A DNA stretch of 62,155 bases, the filler included. It is 5 parts of 5 records of this genome, joined end to end, with 100 filler letters (N's around TTAATTAATTAA, not from the genome) between each part and the next. Parts side by side here need not be neighbours in the genome. Positions count along the whole stretch, not along the records: positions 17,658 to 40,934 come from SRR20825019_2920; positions 41,035 to 48,116 come from SRR20825019_2921; 3 more parts are not named here. One strand, given 5' to 3'. This document shows positions 30,772 to 41,323 of the stretch, one piece after another. The position numbers and the translations under genes were made by a program. Position 1 is the stretch's first letter. Every line of letters begins with the position of its first letter. Under the pieces are notes generated by a model. That model worked only from the letters and a program-made list of their open reading frames with translations. It searched no databases and was not told the DNA's origin.

Positions 30772-33146
30772 TGGCTCGGCGTATCTTGAGCAAACCACGT
30801 CTTGCCGGGCTGTTGCTGCTCGCAGGCGTCGCCTCCGCTGCAATTTCGGCATCGCATGGTTATGCGAACGCACAGGCAACAGATTCGATGGCAGCCTCCT
30901 TGTCTCAGGGTGACGATTCGGGGCAGATGCTTCTGTCAGCCAACGAGCTGGTTTATAACCACGATACAAAGAAGGTCTTCGCACTCGGCGGTGTCCAGAT
31001 CTTTTACAACGGTTACCGGATGGTGGCCAACAAGGTCGAGTATGATCAAAATGCCGGTCGTCTTATGGCTTATGACGGCATTGAGGTGATTGATCCCGAC
31101 GGCAACCGGATGCGTGCCGAGAAGCTTGATGTGACGGACGACTTTGCCAATGGCTTTGTCAATGCCATCAGCGTACGCACACCCGACAATCTCGCGATTG
31201 CCGGAGAACGGGCACAGCGGGTCGACGGCAACAAGATGATTGTCGAAAACGGTGTATATACAGCCTGTATTCCCTGCTCGGAGAATCCGGCCAAGCCTCC
31301 GCTCTGGCAAATCAGGGCCGAGCGTGTGATCCAGAATGGCGAAACCCACACAATCCGGCTGGAGCATCCCCGTTTTCAGCTACTCGGGCAGACGATCGCA
31401 TTACTGCCGTCAATTGAAGTTCCGGATCAGACAGTCAAACGCAAGGCAGGCTTCCTGTTTCCATCGATGAGCATGGCGGAGAATCTGGGTTTCGGGCTTT
31501 CTGTTCCATATTACCTGCCGATCAACCCCAGTTCAGATGTAACGTTTACCGGAACCGGCTATACACAACAGGGTTTCCTGCTGGATGTTGAGTATCGTAA
31601 ACGGTACCGCAACGGTGAGCATATCCTGCGTCTTGCCGGCATCGACCAGATGAATCCCGACAACTTCAGAGCCAAGACAAGTGACGCCGAAGCCAAAAGC
31701 CGCGGCATGATTGCCTCGACCGGGCAGTTCAGAATCAATCCGCGCTGGGTGTTCGGCTGGGATGTCATGGCCCAGACAGACAGCAACTTTTCCCGCACAT
31801 ACAGCATCGCGGGCCATGACGACGACACCTTCAATAATCAGATCTACCTTGAAGGTCTTGGAAAACGGAACTCATTCTCCGCCAAAGCGAACTATTTCGA
31901 CATTCAGGATGCCGATACCCAGAACGCATCTGAAAAGAAGCAGGCAATTGTCGCACCGGTTATCGACTATGACTACTTTGCGCCGGAGCCCGTAAAAGGC
32001 GGGCAATTGTCGATCACAAGCAATCTGACCAACATTATCCGTCGGCAGAACGATGTTGATGTAAGCAGCAACGGAAAAGATCGTTTTCTCGGTCTAGAAG
32101 GGTCCAGTACGCGACTGACCAGTGAGATAAGCTGGAAGCGGACATTCACCACATCAAGCGGCTTTCAACTGACTCCGATCCTGTCGGCACGCGCGGATGG
32201 CTACCTTCTGGATGTCGATTCGCCGGACCAGATCGTACAACCAGACAACAAAACCTATTATCACTACGGTGGCAATTTCATTGATCAAAGTGCCGCCGCA
32301 CGCGGAATGGTGACCGCCGGTCTGGAAGCCCGATACCCATGGATTGCGACCAATAGTTTCAGTTCCCACATCTTCGAACCGATTGCTCAGGTCTTTGTTC
32401 GCCCGGATGAACCCTATGCCGGTGGACTTCCGAATGAAGATGCTCAAAGCTTCGTCTTTGACACATCGAACCTGTTTGATCAGGATAAATTCTCAGGATT
32501 CGATCGCATTGAAGGAGGAACCCGCGCCAATCTGGGCTTCCGCTACACGGGGGATTTCGATTCCGGAGTTCAGCTTGAAGGCGTATTCGGCCAGTCCTAC
32601 CAGCTCGCAGGTGAAAACTCCTTCGCCCAGCCGGATCTGGTTGGCGTTGGTATCGATTCAGGACTTCAATCTTCGCGCTCAGACTATGTCGGCTCCGCGG
32701 CTGTCAGGCTTCCTGATTATGGTTTGTCGCTCAGCGGCGGTGCCCGTTTTGATGAGGCAGACCTGTCTCTGAACCGGACCAATGCGTCTATTGACTTCAC
32801 CTCACTGCATTTTGACACTGGTTTGGATTATACCAATGTCGCTGCCCAGCCGGGTTATGCTTATGACGAGGATAACCGTGAGCTGAAATCGACCAGCACG
32901 ATCAAGTTCGATGAAAACTGGTCTGTTTCGGGGTCAGCAACCTGGGATCTTTCGAACGATGAGATCACCCGCAGTTGGGTCGGGGTCACATACGAGGATA
33001 TCTGCACGGCATTTTCCCTCATCTACAAGCAGCGCTTTGATGATGGCGGCCAGTCGGCCGTCAACTGGTCAATCGGCGGCCGCCTGACATTCCGAACCCT
33101 CGGCGACATTGCTGTGGGCAGCCTTGATGGTGATACATTCAACTGA
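30771..33146 (+). CDS. lptD: LPS assembly outer-membrane protein LptD
   Basis: YTACIPC, KRKAGFLFP, PNEDAQS and DKFSGFDRIEGGTR motifs. Confidence 0.93.
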   Translation: MARRILSKPRLAGLLLLAGVASAAISASHGYANAQATDSMAASLSQGDDSGQMLLSANELVYNHDTKKVFALGGVQIFYNGYRMVANKVEYDQNAGRLMAYDGIEVIDPDGNRMRAEKLDVTDDFANGFVNAISVRTPDNLAIAGERAQRVDGNKMIVENGVYTACIPCSENPAKPPLWQIRAERVIQNGETHTIRLEHPRFQLLGQTIALLPSIEVPDQTVKRKAGFLFPSMSMAENLGFGLSVPYYLPINPSSDVTFTGTGYTQQGFLLDVEYRKRYRNGEHILRLAGIDQMNPDNFRAKTSDAEAKSRGMIASTGQFRINPRWVFGWDVMAQTDSNFSRTYSIAGHDDDTFNNQIYLEGLGKRNSFSAKANYFDIQDADTQNASEKKQAIVAPVIDYDYFAPEPVKGGQLSITSNLTNIIRRQNDVDVSSNGKDRFLGLEGSSTRLTSEISWKRTFTTSSGFQLTPILSARADGYLLDVDSPDQIVQPDNKTYYHYGGNFIDQSAAARGMVTAGLEARYPWIATNSFSSHIFEPIAQVFVRPDEPYAGGLPNEDAQSFVFDTSNLFDQDKFSGFDRIEGGTRANLGFRYTGDFDSGVQLEGVFGQSYQLAGENSFAQPDLVGVGIDSGLQSSRSDYVGSAAVRLPDYGLSLSGGARFDEADLSLNRTNASIDFTSLHFDTGLDYTNVAAQPGYAYDEDNRELKSTSTIKFDENWSVSGSATWDLSNDEITRSWVGVTYEDICTAFSLIYKQRFDDGGQSAVNWSIGGRLTFRTLGDIAVGSLDGDTFN

Positions 33147-33396
33147 CTTGCTCCCCATCGGCCAGCTTGTTGTCTTGGAACTTGCCGGACCCATCGCGAT
33201 CATGTTGTGGCGCGTCATATATGTTGAATTTGCGGATCTATACGCGGAGTGAGAGATACGCGACGCCTTGCTTTTGCCTCAGGAATAGACCAGAAATAGC
33301 AATTGAATTAATGGCGTGAAGCCGTTCGGGCCGCGACAGTTAATCCGGCCCGCCAGATACCAAGTTCGCATCCGCGTCCTTTCGAAAGGATATCGA

Positions 33397-34350
33397 ATGA
33401 AAACCGCCCGTTTTACCGTCAGTACTTTGACCGCGGTCATGATAGCCATCGCAGGTGTGACCGTTATCCCGGCAGCTCCAGCTTCGGCCAAGACCGTTGA
33501 TATCGCCGTCATCGTTAATAACGTCCCGATTACCAATGACGACATAGCCAAACGCCGTAATCTTCTGCGTCTTATGGGTGAAAAGGGCAATCTTAATGAC
33601 AAGGCCCGCCAGGCCATGATCGATCAGGCTTTGCAACAGTCTGAAATTGCCTTCAGGCGGATGTCCGTTACCAGCGCCGAGGTTGATCAGTCATTCTCGA
33701 ATTTCGCCCAAAGCAACGGAATGTCCGTCAAACAGATGGAACAGGTTCTGAACCAGGCCGGTGTCGGCGTTGATCATTTCAAGTTCTATATGGCGATCAC
33801 AATGAGCTGGAAGAACGTGCTGCGTGCACGTTATGGCGGAAGCAATCTTCTCTCGCAGGATGACTTCATCGCTCAGCTCGAGCAGGCGGAAAAAGAGGGC
33901 AAAAAGCCACACACATACGAGTACCAGCTCAAGCGAATTGTTTTTGTCGTTCCGGAGAAGGAGCGTGGCTCACTTTTGGCAAAACGCAAGCGTGAAGCCG
34001 AGTCATCCCGTTCAAAGTTTCCCGGCTGCGAGCAGGCCATTGATTTTGCCGCTGCACGCAACGACGTGACTGTTCTTGATCTTGGCCGGTTTCTGGAGCC
34101 ACAATTGCCGCCACAATGGAAGGACGAAGTCATCAAAGCCAAAGGCGATACGACTTCCGTTCAGACATCTCCTTATGGAGCCGAGTTTCTGGCAATCTGC
34201 GACAAGACCGAAACCAGCGATGATTACGCAGCACGACTTGTACTCAGTTCGAAAGAGGATACGGCAGAAACCGATCTTGAAAAAGAAAACGATACATACA
34301 TGAAAGAGCTTGAAGACAAGGCGCAGATTGTGACACCGGGCAAGAACTGA
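33397..34350 (+). CDS. surA: SurA-like periplasmic chaperone
   Basis: Signal peptide and [11 protein letters not shown]; located between lptD and pdxA. Confidence 0.8.
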   Translation: MKTARFTVSTLTAVMIAIAGVTVIPAAPASAKTVDIAVIVNNVPITNDDIAKRRNLLRLMGEKGNLNDKARQAMIDQALQQSEIAFRRMSVTSAEVDQSFSNFAQSNGMSVKQMEQVLNQAGVGVDHFKFYMAITMSWKNVLRARYGGSNLLSQDDFIAQLEQAEKEGKKPHTYEYQLKRIVFVVPEKERGSLLAKRKREAESSRSKFPGCEQAIDFAAARNDVTVLDLGRFLEPQLPPQWKDEVIKAKGDTTSVQTSPYGAEFLAICDKTETSDDYAARLVLSSKEDTAETDLEKENDTYMKELEDKAQIVTPGKN

Positions 34351-34373
34351 CCGATATCGGAGACGCCAGGATC

Positions 34374-35387
34374 ATGGCATTGCCACTCGCGCTGTCACAG
34401 GGAGACCCTGCAGGCATAGGTCCGGAACTTGCTCTGAAGGCATGGCGGAGCCGGGTTGAGATGTGCGTTCCGCCATTTCTCTACTTTGGCGACCCGCGTA
34501 TTCTCAAGGAACGTGCGGCTCTTCTTGGCTTTGAAGATATTCCCATTGTCAACGCATCGCCGGAAACTGCGATGGCAGCTTTCGAGGAGGCACTCCCGGT
34601 TTTTGCAATTGATGCAGCCCAGCCTGTAACACCGGGCAGGCCAGATCCCCGGTCTGCCCCGGGCACGATTTCGGCGATCGAGACAGCGGTAAAGATGACG
34701 CTTCGTGGCAAAACATCTGCCGTTGTAACAAACCCGATCGCGAAGTCAGTTCTGTATAGTTCCGGATTCCGGTTTCCCGGACATACCGAGTTTCTGGCTG
34801 ATTTGGCCAGCAAGGCAACGGGCACTGCGATCCGCCCGGTTATGATGCTGTCCTGCCCTGCACTGCGCGTCGTGCCGATCACCATCCATATTCCTCTGGC
34901 AGAGGTTTCAGCCTCTTTGACAACAGAGTTGATCGTGGAAACCGCACGTATAACCGCACGCGACCTGAAGGAACGGTTTGGACTTCATTCTCCGCGACTG
35001 GCCTTTGCGGGGCTCAACCCTCATGCGGGTGAGAGCGGCGCTATCGGGCGTGAGGATGAAGATATCATCCGCCCGGCTTTGATGACACTGCGTTCCGAGG
35101 GCCTGAATGCTACCGGACCTCTGCCCGCAGACACAATGTTTCACGCCACGGCCCGGGCCAAATACGATGTCGCATTGTGTATGTATCATGACCAGGCGCT
35201 GATCCCGGTGAAGACACTGGGCTTTGAAGATGGTGTCAACTCGACACTCGGGCTTCCATTTGTGCGAACATCACCCGATCATGGAACAGCGTTCGATATT
35301 GCTGACAAGGGCATTGCCGATGCAAAGAGCCTGATAGAAGCACTGAAACTTGCCGCACAGATTTCTTTCTCCGGAACCGGCCAATGA
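34374..35387 (+). CDS. pdxA: 4-hydroxythreonine-4-phosphate dehydrogenase
   Basis: [27 protein letters not shown] and RTSPDHGTA motifs. Confidence 0.95.
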   Translation: MALPLALSQGDPAGIGPELALKAWRSRVEMCVPPFLYFGDPRILKERAALLGFEDIPIVNASPETAMAAFEEALPVFAIDAAQPVTPGRPDPRSAPGTISAIETAVKMTLRGKTSAVVTNPIAKSVLYSSGFRFPGHTEFLADLASKATGTAIRPVMMLSCPALRVVPITIHIPLAEVSASLTTELIVETARITARDLKERFGLHSPRLAFAGLNPHAGESGAIGREDEDIIRPALMTLRSEGLNATGPLPADTMFHATARAKYDVALCMYHDQALIPVKTLGFEDGVNSTLGLPFVRTSPDHGTAFDIADKGIADAKSLIEALKLAAQISFSGTGQ

Positions 35388-36211
35388 GCGCTATTGATGA
35401 CCTTCCGCCGCTGCGAGACGTACTTGCGGCTCATGAACTGAATGCAAGAAAAGCGCTCGGCCAAAATTTTCTTCTGGACCTGAATCTGACACAGAAAATC
35501 GCACGTACGGCCGGATCCCTGGAAGGCGCCCATGTCATCGAGGTCGGCCCCGGCCCCGGTGGACTGACGCGCGCCATCCTGTCATTGGGTGCGGCCCGCC
35601 TGACCATCATTGAACGTGATGAGCGTTGCCTGCCGGCTTTAAATGAGATTTCAGATCGTTATCCCGGCAAAGTTACAATCATCAACGGTGATGCGCTTGA
35701 ACAGGATTTCAGTGCGTTGGCAGGTTCAGAGCCGGTGAAGATCATCGCAAATCTGCCGTACAATGTGGGCACACAGCTGCTGATCAACTGGCTCCTGCCA
35801 GGCAGATGGCCACCCGGCTGGCACTCTCTGACGCTGATGTTTCAAAAGGAAGTTGCACAACGCATCGTGGCGCGTCCGGGTGACAAGCATTATGGACGCC
35901 TCGGCGTACTGGCGGGCTGGCGAACGGAAGCACGCATAGCTTTCGATGTGCCTCCGCAAGCGTTCATGCCACCACCCAAGGTTACATCAAGCGTAGTGCA
36001 TATGACGCCGCGCAGTCATCCATTGCCTGTGTCAGCGGAAAAGCTCGAGAAAATCACCCAGGCGGCATTCGGGCAACGCCGGAAGATGCTCAGACAAAGC
36101 TTGAAAAGCCTTGGCGGAGAGGCACTGCTTGAAAAAGTCGGCATAGATCCGAAACGGCGCGCCGAGACGCTGAGTGTCGAAGAATTCTGTTCTCTCGCTG
36201 ATGCTCTTTAA
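35384..36211 (+). CDS. rsmA: 16S rRNA adenine dimethyltransferase
   Basis: [16 protein letters not shown] and ANLPYN motifs. Confidence 0.95.
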   Translation: MSAIDDLPPLRDVLAAHELNARKALGQNFLLDLNLTQKIARTAGSLEGAHVIEVGPGPGGLTRAILSLGAARLTIIERDERCLPALNEISDRYPGKVTIINGDALEQDFSALAGSEPVKIIANLPYNVGTQLLINWLLPGRWPPGWHSLTLMFQKEVAQRIVARPGDKHYGRLGVLAGWRTEARIAFDVPPQAFMPPPKVTSSVVHMTPRSHPLPVSAEKLEKITQAAFGQRRKMLRQSLKSLGGEALLEKVGIDPKRRAETLSVEEFCSLADAL

Positions 36212-36276
36212 AGAGAAGACACCCAACGGTACAGTTGATTTTCTTGCGTGCAAGCGGGCCCAGTTACAAGACGGGA

Positions 36277-36927
36277 TTACTCGCTCATCAGTGCCGACAC
36301 ATGACCCGGAATCATTCCGGTGTAATCCCGTTTAGCCCGCTCGGTCCTCAGGATAGAACGAACAAGATCATAGGCGTCATCGAGGTCGTCATTGACCACC
36401 ACATATTCATAATCCTGCCAGCGCGCAATTTCACCGGTCGCATTGGCCAGCCGCACATCCATCGCAGCCTTGCTGTCTTCGGCACGCGCTTGCAACCGCG
36501 ATTTCAAAACCGCCATTGAGGGCGGCAATACAAAAATACCAACCACATCGTCAGGCATCTTCTGTTTCAGCTGTTCGGCCCCCTGAACATCAATATCAAA
36601 CAGAACATCCCGGCCTTCTGCGAGAGACTTCTCCACCGCCGCCGTTGGGGTTGCGTAAAAATTCCCATGAACTTCCGCCCACTCCAGAAATGCACCGGCA
36701 TCACGCCGCTGCTTGAATTCCTCGGCGGACATGAAGAAATAATGGACGCCATCTATTTCGCTCGGTCGCCTGGGCCGCGTGGTCGCACTGATGGAAAGAT
36801 CGATCAGCGGATCTTCCTGTAAAAGTCGACGCGCGATTGTCGACTTACCAGCGCCCGATGGCGCAGCAAGCACAAGCATGACCCCTCGCCGCCCGACTGT
36901 TTCACCACGAATAGCCGCTTCCACCAT
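36277..36927 (-). CDS. gmk: guanylate kinase
   Basis: APSGAGKST, SATTRPRR and DIDVQGA motifs. Confidence 0.95.
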   Translation of the reverse strand: MVEAAIRGETVGRRGVMLVLAAPSGAGKSTIARRLLQEDPLIDLSISATTRPRRPSEIDGVHYFFMSAEEFKQRRDAGAFLEWAEVHGNFYATPTAAVEKSLAEGRDVLFDIDVQGAEQLKQKMPDDVVGIFVLPPSMAVLKSRLQARAEDSKAAMDVRLANATGEIARWQDYEYVVVNDDLDDAYDLVRSILRTERAKRDYTGMIPGHVSALMSE

Positions 36928-36931
36928 CTTC

Positions 36932-37819
36932 CTACTCCAGATTCTGTAGCTGTTCGCGAAACTGGTCGATAACCGTTTTCAATTCAAGCCCAGCGGCCGT
37001 CACAGCCACAGCATTTGACTTCGAACAGATCGTATTGGCCTCGCGGTTGAACTCCTGCGCCAGAAAATCCAGCCGCCGTCCGCTAGGGCCGCCATCATCC
37101 AGAAGAGAACGGGCTGCTGCAACATGGGCGTATAGACGATCGATTTCCTCACGCACATCCGCCTTGGTGGCCAGCAAAACTGCTTCTGTATGCAAGCGGT
37201 CAGGCTCAAGCGTTTGGGAAGCCCCCAGCAATAGACCAACCTGATCCTCGATCCTGCTCAAAATGGCTGTATCGCCACGTGAAGGGTCATCCTCAATCTG
37301 ATGTGCCAAAGCTTCGATCCGATCGATATGTCTACGAAGAACGGCATCGATCTTGCGACCTTCCGCCTCACGAGTACTCACGAGTTGAGTCATCGCGACC
37401 TGTAGCGCTTGCATGATATCCAGATCACGCGCCTTCAAGGCCTCATCGCTGTCTTCTACCTCACGAAATTCAGCAACACCGCGGATGTTGAGCAATTGAT
37501 CAATGCTCATTGGCGACTGATCAATCGTATCCCCCAAACGTTTCTGCAAATCGAGAACCGCTTCAAGCGCCGGCTCGTTGACCACAAGTTCAAGCCTGCT
37601 GTCGGTGAGCGCGACCGACAGCGACACCTGCACATTGCCACGGGTTAAATGACGGCTGACATGTTCCTTCGTCGGCACTTCCAGATGCTCAAACCCCGAG
37701 GGTAACCGCAGGCGAACATCAAGTCCCTTACCATTGACCGACCGCAGTTCCCAAACCCATTGATACCGCCCTTTCTGGCCGGAGCTCCGGGCAAATCCTG
37801 TCATCGACTGCGGTTTCAA
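36932..37819 (-). CDS. yicC: YicC/YloC family endoribonuclease
   Basis: SMTGF, ELRSVN, GRRLDFLAQEFNREANT and REQLQNLE motifs. Confidence 0.92.
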   Translation of the reverse strand: MKPQSMTGFARSSGQKGRYQWVWELRSVNGKGLDVRLRLPSGFEHLEVPTKEHVSRHLTRGNVQVSLSVALTDSRLELVVNEPALEAVLDLQKRLGDTIDQSPMSIDQLLNIRGVAEFREVEDSDEALKARDLDIMQALQVAMTQLVSTREAEGRKIDAVLRRHIDRIEALAHQIEDDPSRGDTAILSRIEDQVGLLLGASQTLEPDRLHTEAVLLATKADVREEIDRLYAHVAAARSLLDDGGPSGRRLDFLAQEFNREANTICSKSNAVAVTAAGLELKTVIDQFREQLQNLE

Positions 37820-37984
37820 TAGCGTTCCCCTTGTTTAATTTCAAAATCAGACGCGCTTTGAATTCTAGCATCAAAAACACCGAACCGTACAACCTGCATC
37901 TGCATACAAGAAACCGTCAGAATAAACGAACTCTGACGGTCGGGAGAACCAATATGCAGGTTATGAAGTTTGAAGTTATATCAA

Positions 37985-39133
37985 CTAATTGGATTGGTCG
38001 CCTGCTGCTTCCAACTTTCGCCAGGCGCGCACATTGGCGTTGTGCTCGCGCAGTGTCTTGGCAAACGCATGTCCGCCCGTCCCATCGGCGACAAAATACA
38101 GATCATCAGTCGATGCAGGATGGGCAACTGCTTCCAAAGCCGCACGGCCTGGATTGGCAATTGGTCCCGGCGGCAAACTATCGATCTTGTAGGTATTATA
38201 GGGTGTTTCCTTGTCGAGATCAGAACGGTAAATCGGTCGGTCGGATGGTTTCCCCTCCCCGCCGAACAAACCGTAGATCACGGTCGGATCTGATTGCAAA
38301 CGCATCCCCTTATTCAGTCTGTTGATGAAGACTGCAGCAACACGAGGACGTTCACTGGGAACACCGGTTTCCTTCTCAACGATGGAAGCCAGCGTGACGA
38401 ACTGATTTTTGTCCTCAATCGGCAGCCCCTTGTCACGGCTCAGCCAAATTTCGTCGACCAGTTCCCGTTGTCCTTCCTGCATCTCCTCGACGATCTCTAG
38501 CCGTTCGGTACCGCGCGCGAACTTGTAGGTTTGCGGCATAAGGTCGCCTTCGGGCGGCAGGGTTTCGGGCAAATCTCCGGTAAGGTTGGGATCTGCGGCC
38601 AGACGGTCGAAAATCTCATAAACGGTCAGGCCTTCGGGAATGGAAACGCTGTAGAGGATCGACTTGCCTGATTCGAGTAAATCCGCGACCTCTTCCATGG
38701 AGGCTCCGGCCTCAATCGCATAATCCCCGGCCTTCAGGGTCTTTCCGTCGCGATAGCGTACAGCAGTGATATACCGAAACAGGCGCGAGTCACTCACAAT
38801 ACCATTGCGAGCCAGATCACGTGAAATTTCTATCAGTCCCGTACCACTGCGCACCGTAAATTCCTCACTCGTTTCGAGCGGACCCGGCGCACGGTAAGCG
38901 GACATTGCCCAATAATATCCGCCCAAGGCGGCGGCAAGACCAAGCACGATGACTGTCATCAGGAAGTTCAGAAAAGTGACAAACTGGCTTTTGGCTCGGC
39001 GGGAGCGTTGCCTGGGTTCAGGAACCCGCTCCGGTCTAAGTGCCTCTTTGGCGGATCTAGGAACGATTCGCTTTGTTCTCTTCTGCGGCCGGTTGCCATT
39101 TTCCTGGCCATTATTTTGATCGGAACCGCTCAC
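37985..39133 (-). CDS. mltG: endolytic transglycosylase MltG
   Basis: LASIVEKET, LQSDPT, PYNTY and LPPGPIANPG motifs; GTG start chosen after a GGGGG RBS. Confidence 0.92.
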   Translation of the reverse strand: MSGSDQNNGQENGNRPQKRTKRIVPRSAKEALRPERVPEPRQRSRRAKSQFVTFLNFLMTVIVLGLAAALGGYYWAMSAYRAPGPLETSEEFTVRSGTGLIEISRDLARNGIVSDSRLFRYITAVRYRDGKTLKAGDYAIEAGASMEEVADLLESGKSILYSVSIPEGLTVYEIFDRLAADPNLTGDLPETLPPEGDLMPQTYKFARGTERLEIVEEMQEGQRELVDEIWLSRDKGLPIEDKNQFVTLASIVEKETGVPSERPRVAAVFINRLNKGMRLQSDPTVIYGLFGGEGKPSDRPIYRSDLDKETPYNTYKIDSLPPGPIANPGRAALEAVAHPASTDDLYFVADGTGGHAFAKTLREHNANVRAWRKLEAAGDQSN

Positions 39134-39250
39134 CAGACCCCCTTTATTCGACTTTTCCAGGTTATTCATTCGTCGCCTGCACAGAAGGAAATCCAAAAGG
39201 CACAGCGGGTGACCAACACCGGCACACGAAGAATGAGACCGCTACCAACA

Positions 39251-39280
39251 GAAAACGGCTGCAAAATGTCAGCCGTTTTC
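39251..39280 (-). terminator. stem-loop between fabF and mltG
   Basis: Perfect 11-bp inverted repeat GAAAACGGCTG...CAGCCGTTTTC. Confidence 0.6.
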
Positions 39281-39308
39281 ATGGTTATAAAATTGATAGA
39301 AACTGCCT

Positions 39309-40571
39309 CTAAGCCTCGAACCGACGCAGCACAAGAGAGGCATTTGTGCCACCGAAACCAAATGAGTTCGACAGCGCGATATCGATGTCCCGCCTCCGGG
39401 CCACCTTTGGCACCAGATCAATCGGTGTTTCGCGTTCGGGCTTATCAAGGTTGAGGGTCGGCGGCGCAATGTTATCGCGAATCGCAAGTGTCGAGAAGAT
39501 CGCCTCGATGGCCCCGGCTGCGCCCAGCAGATGCCCGGTTGCCGACTTGGTCGACGACATTGACACCTTCGGAGCGGCATCGCCAAGTAACCGCTCAACG
39601 GCTCCAAGCTCGATTGTATCCGCCATCGTCGATGTGCCATGCGCGTTGATATAATCAATATCCGATGCTTCGATACCGGCGCGCTTCAACGCGGCCGTCA
39701 TGCAGCGGAAAGCTCCCTCGCCGTCCTCGCTGGGAGCGGTAATATGATAGGCGTCACCGCTCAGGCCATACCCTACGACTTCGGCATAAATTTTCGCGCC
39801 ACGGGCCTTTGCGTGTTCCAGCTCTTCAAGAACAAGGACGCCTGAACCTTCACCCATAACGAAACCGTCACGATCGACGTCATAAGGTCGCGAAGCCTTT
39901 TCGGGGTCATCGTTAAACCCGGTAGACAGCGCCTTGCAGGCTGCAAAACCGGCAAGTGACAGACGGCAGAGCGGAGATTCGGTTCCACCGGCGACCATAA
40001 CATCGGCGTCACCGAAGGCGATCAGCCGGCTGGCGTCACCGATTGCATGAGCTCCGGTCGAACAGGCCGTTACGACCGAATGATTCGGACCACGAAGCTT
40101 GTGACGGATGGAGACCTGCCCCGAGGCCAGATTGATCAGGCGGCCAGGGATAAAGAACGGAGAGATCCGGCGGGGCCCACGATCTCGCAGTATATATCCA
40201 GCTTCGACAATACCTTCCAGGCCGCCGATACCCGAACCGATCAGAACACCGGTTGAAATCTGATCGTCATCGTTTTCTGGATGCCAATTGGCATCGGCAA
40301 GCGCCATATCAGCAGCAGCCATGGCATAGATGATAAACGGATCAACCTTGCGCTGCTCCTTTGGCTCGAGCCATTGATCGGGGTTGTAAGTCCCTTCAGA
40401 ACCATCCCCCCGTGGAATCGAGCAACCGATTTTTGCCGCGAGATCATCTGTTTCAAATGCGGTGATCCGGCTAGCACCGCTCTTGCCCTCAAGGATACGC
40501 GACCAGGTGATTTCCGTACCGCATCCTAGCGGCGTGACCATGCCCAGTCCGGTGATTACGACCCGCCTCAT
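39309..40571 (-). CDS. fabF: 3-oxoacyl-ACP synthase II
   Basis: RRVVITGLG, TACSTG, NAHGTST and SNSFGFGGTN motifs. Confidence 0.96.
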   Translation of the reverse strand: MRRVVITGLGMVTPLGCGTEITWSRILEGKSGASRITAFETDDLAAKIGCSIPRGDGSEGTYNPDQWLEPKEQRKVDPFIIYAMAAADMALADANWHPENDDDQISTGVLIGSGIGGLEGIVEAGYILRDRGPRRISPFFIPGRLINLASGQVSIRHKLRGPNHSVVTACSTGAHAIGDASRLIAFGDADVMVAGGTESPLCRLSLAGFAACKALSTGFNDDPEKASRPYDVDRDGFVMGEGSGVLVLEELEHAKARGAKIYAEVVGYGLSGDAYHITAPSEDGEGAFRCMTAALKRAGIEASDIDYINAHGTSTMADTIELGAVERLLGDAAPKVSMSSTKSATGHLLGAAGAIEAIFSTLAIRDNIAPPTLNLDKPERETPIDLVPKVARRRDIDIALSNSFGFGGTNASLVLRRFEA

Positions 40572-40689
40572 CGTCGGCTCTACCTCTCACATTCATTCAC
40601 ATTTCAACCATAGCCACCGATCTTAACACTGAAAAGCGCGCCCGAGCCATGGATATGAATAACCGGTACGCTGAAAGCGACCAGCAGAT

Positions 40690-40715
40690 AAAAAAATGGC
40701 CCGTTTTCACGGGCC
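40690..40715 (-). terminator. intrinsic terminator after acpP
   Basis: Minus strand reads GGCCCGT-GAAA-ACGGGCC-ATTTTTTT. Confidence 0.8.
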
Positions 40716-40771
40716 GATCAAGGCGGATTCGCAACAGATACGTGGAACCCGCCTGTATTTCACGAGAAAAA

Positions 40772-40934
40772 TCAGGCCTGAGACTTCTCGATAAACTTGA
40801 CTGCGTCACCGACGGTCAGGATCGAGTCGGCGGCGTCATCGGGGATTTCAACACCGAATTCTTCCTCAAAGGCCATGACCAGCTCAACGGTATCGAGGGA
40901 GTCCGCGCCGAGATCGTCGATGAAGCTTGCGCTT
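40772..40934 (-). CDS. acpP: acyl carrier protein, 5'-truncated (not in the ORF track)
   Basis: ...[53 protein letters not shown]. Confidence 0.95.
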
Positions 40935-41034
40935 NNNNNNNNNNNNNNNNNNNNNNNNNNNNNNNNNNNNNNNNNNNNTTAATTAATTAANNNNNNNNNN
41001 NNNNNNNNNNNNNNNNNNNNNNNNNNNNNNNNNN
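40935..41034. other. artificial contig spacer
   Basis: N44-TTAATTAATTAA-N44. Confidence 0.98.
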
Positions 41035-41323
41035 GGCCCCCCCCCCCCCCCCCCCCCGGCCCGGTTCAACCAAGCCTACCCTGACCGGACAGCGGGTACT
41101 GCACCCGGGTTCGGTCCGGCGGCCCGCTTCCGAACGTCGTCCTGGGCCGCTTGCGACTGGTCGGCCCACCCCGGTGACCAGGCGGCTATGAAACGACGGG
41201 CCTTCCGGCAGGCATGCCATTTATACCGACGGCTCGCCGAAACTTAGATACTAGTTATTCAAGAAAGCCCGCCGTGGCTAGAACCAACGCCACGAGAGCC
41301 CTGCGTAGACGACGCCAAACGAA

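Noticed and set aside
41037..41057. 21-nt poly-C tract
   Set aside because: It lies at a contig edge and is probably the cause of the assembly break or an artefact.
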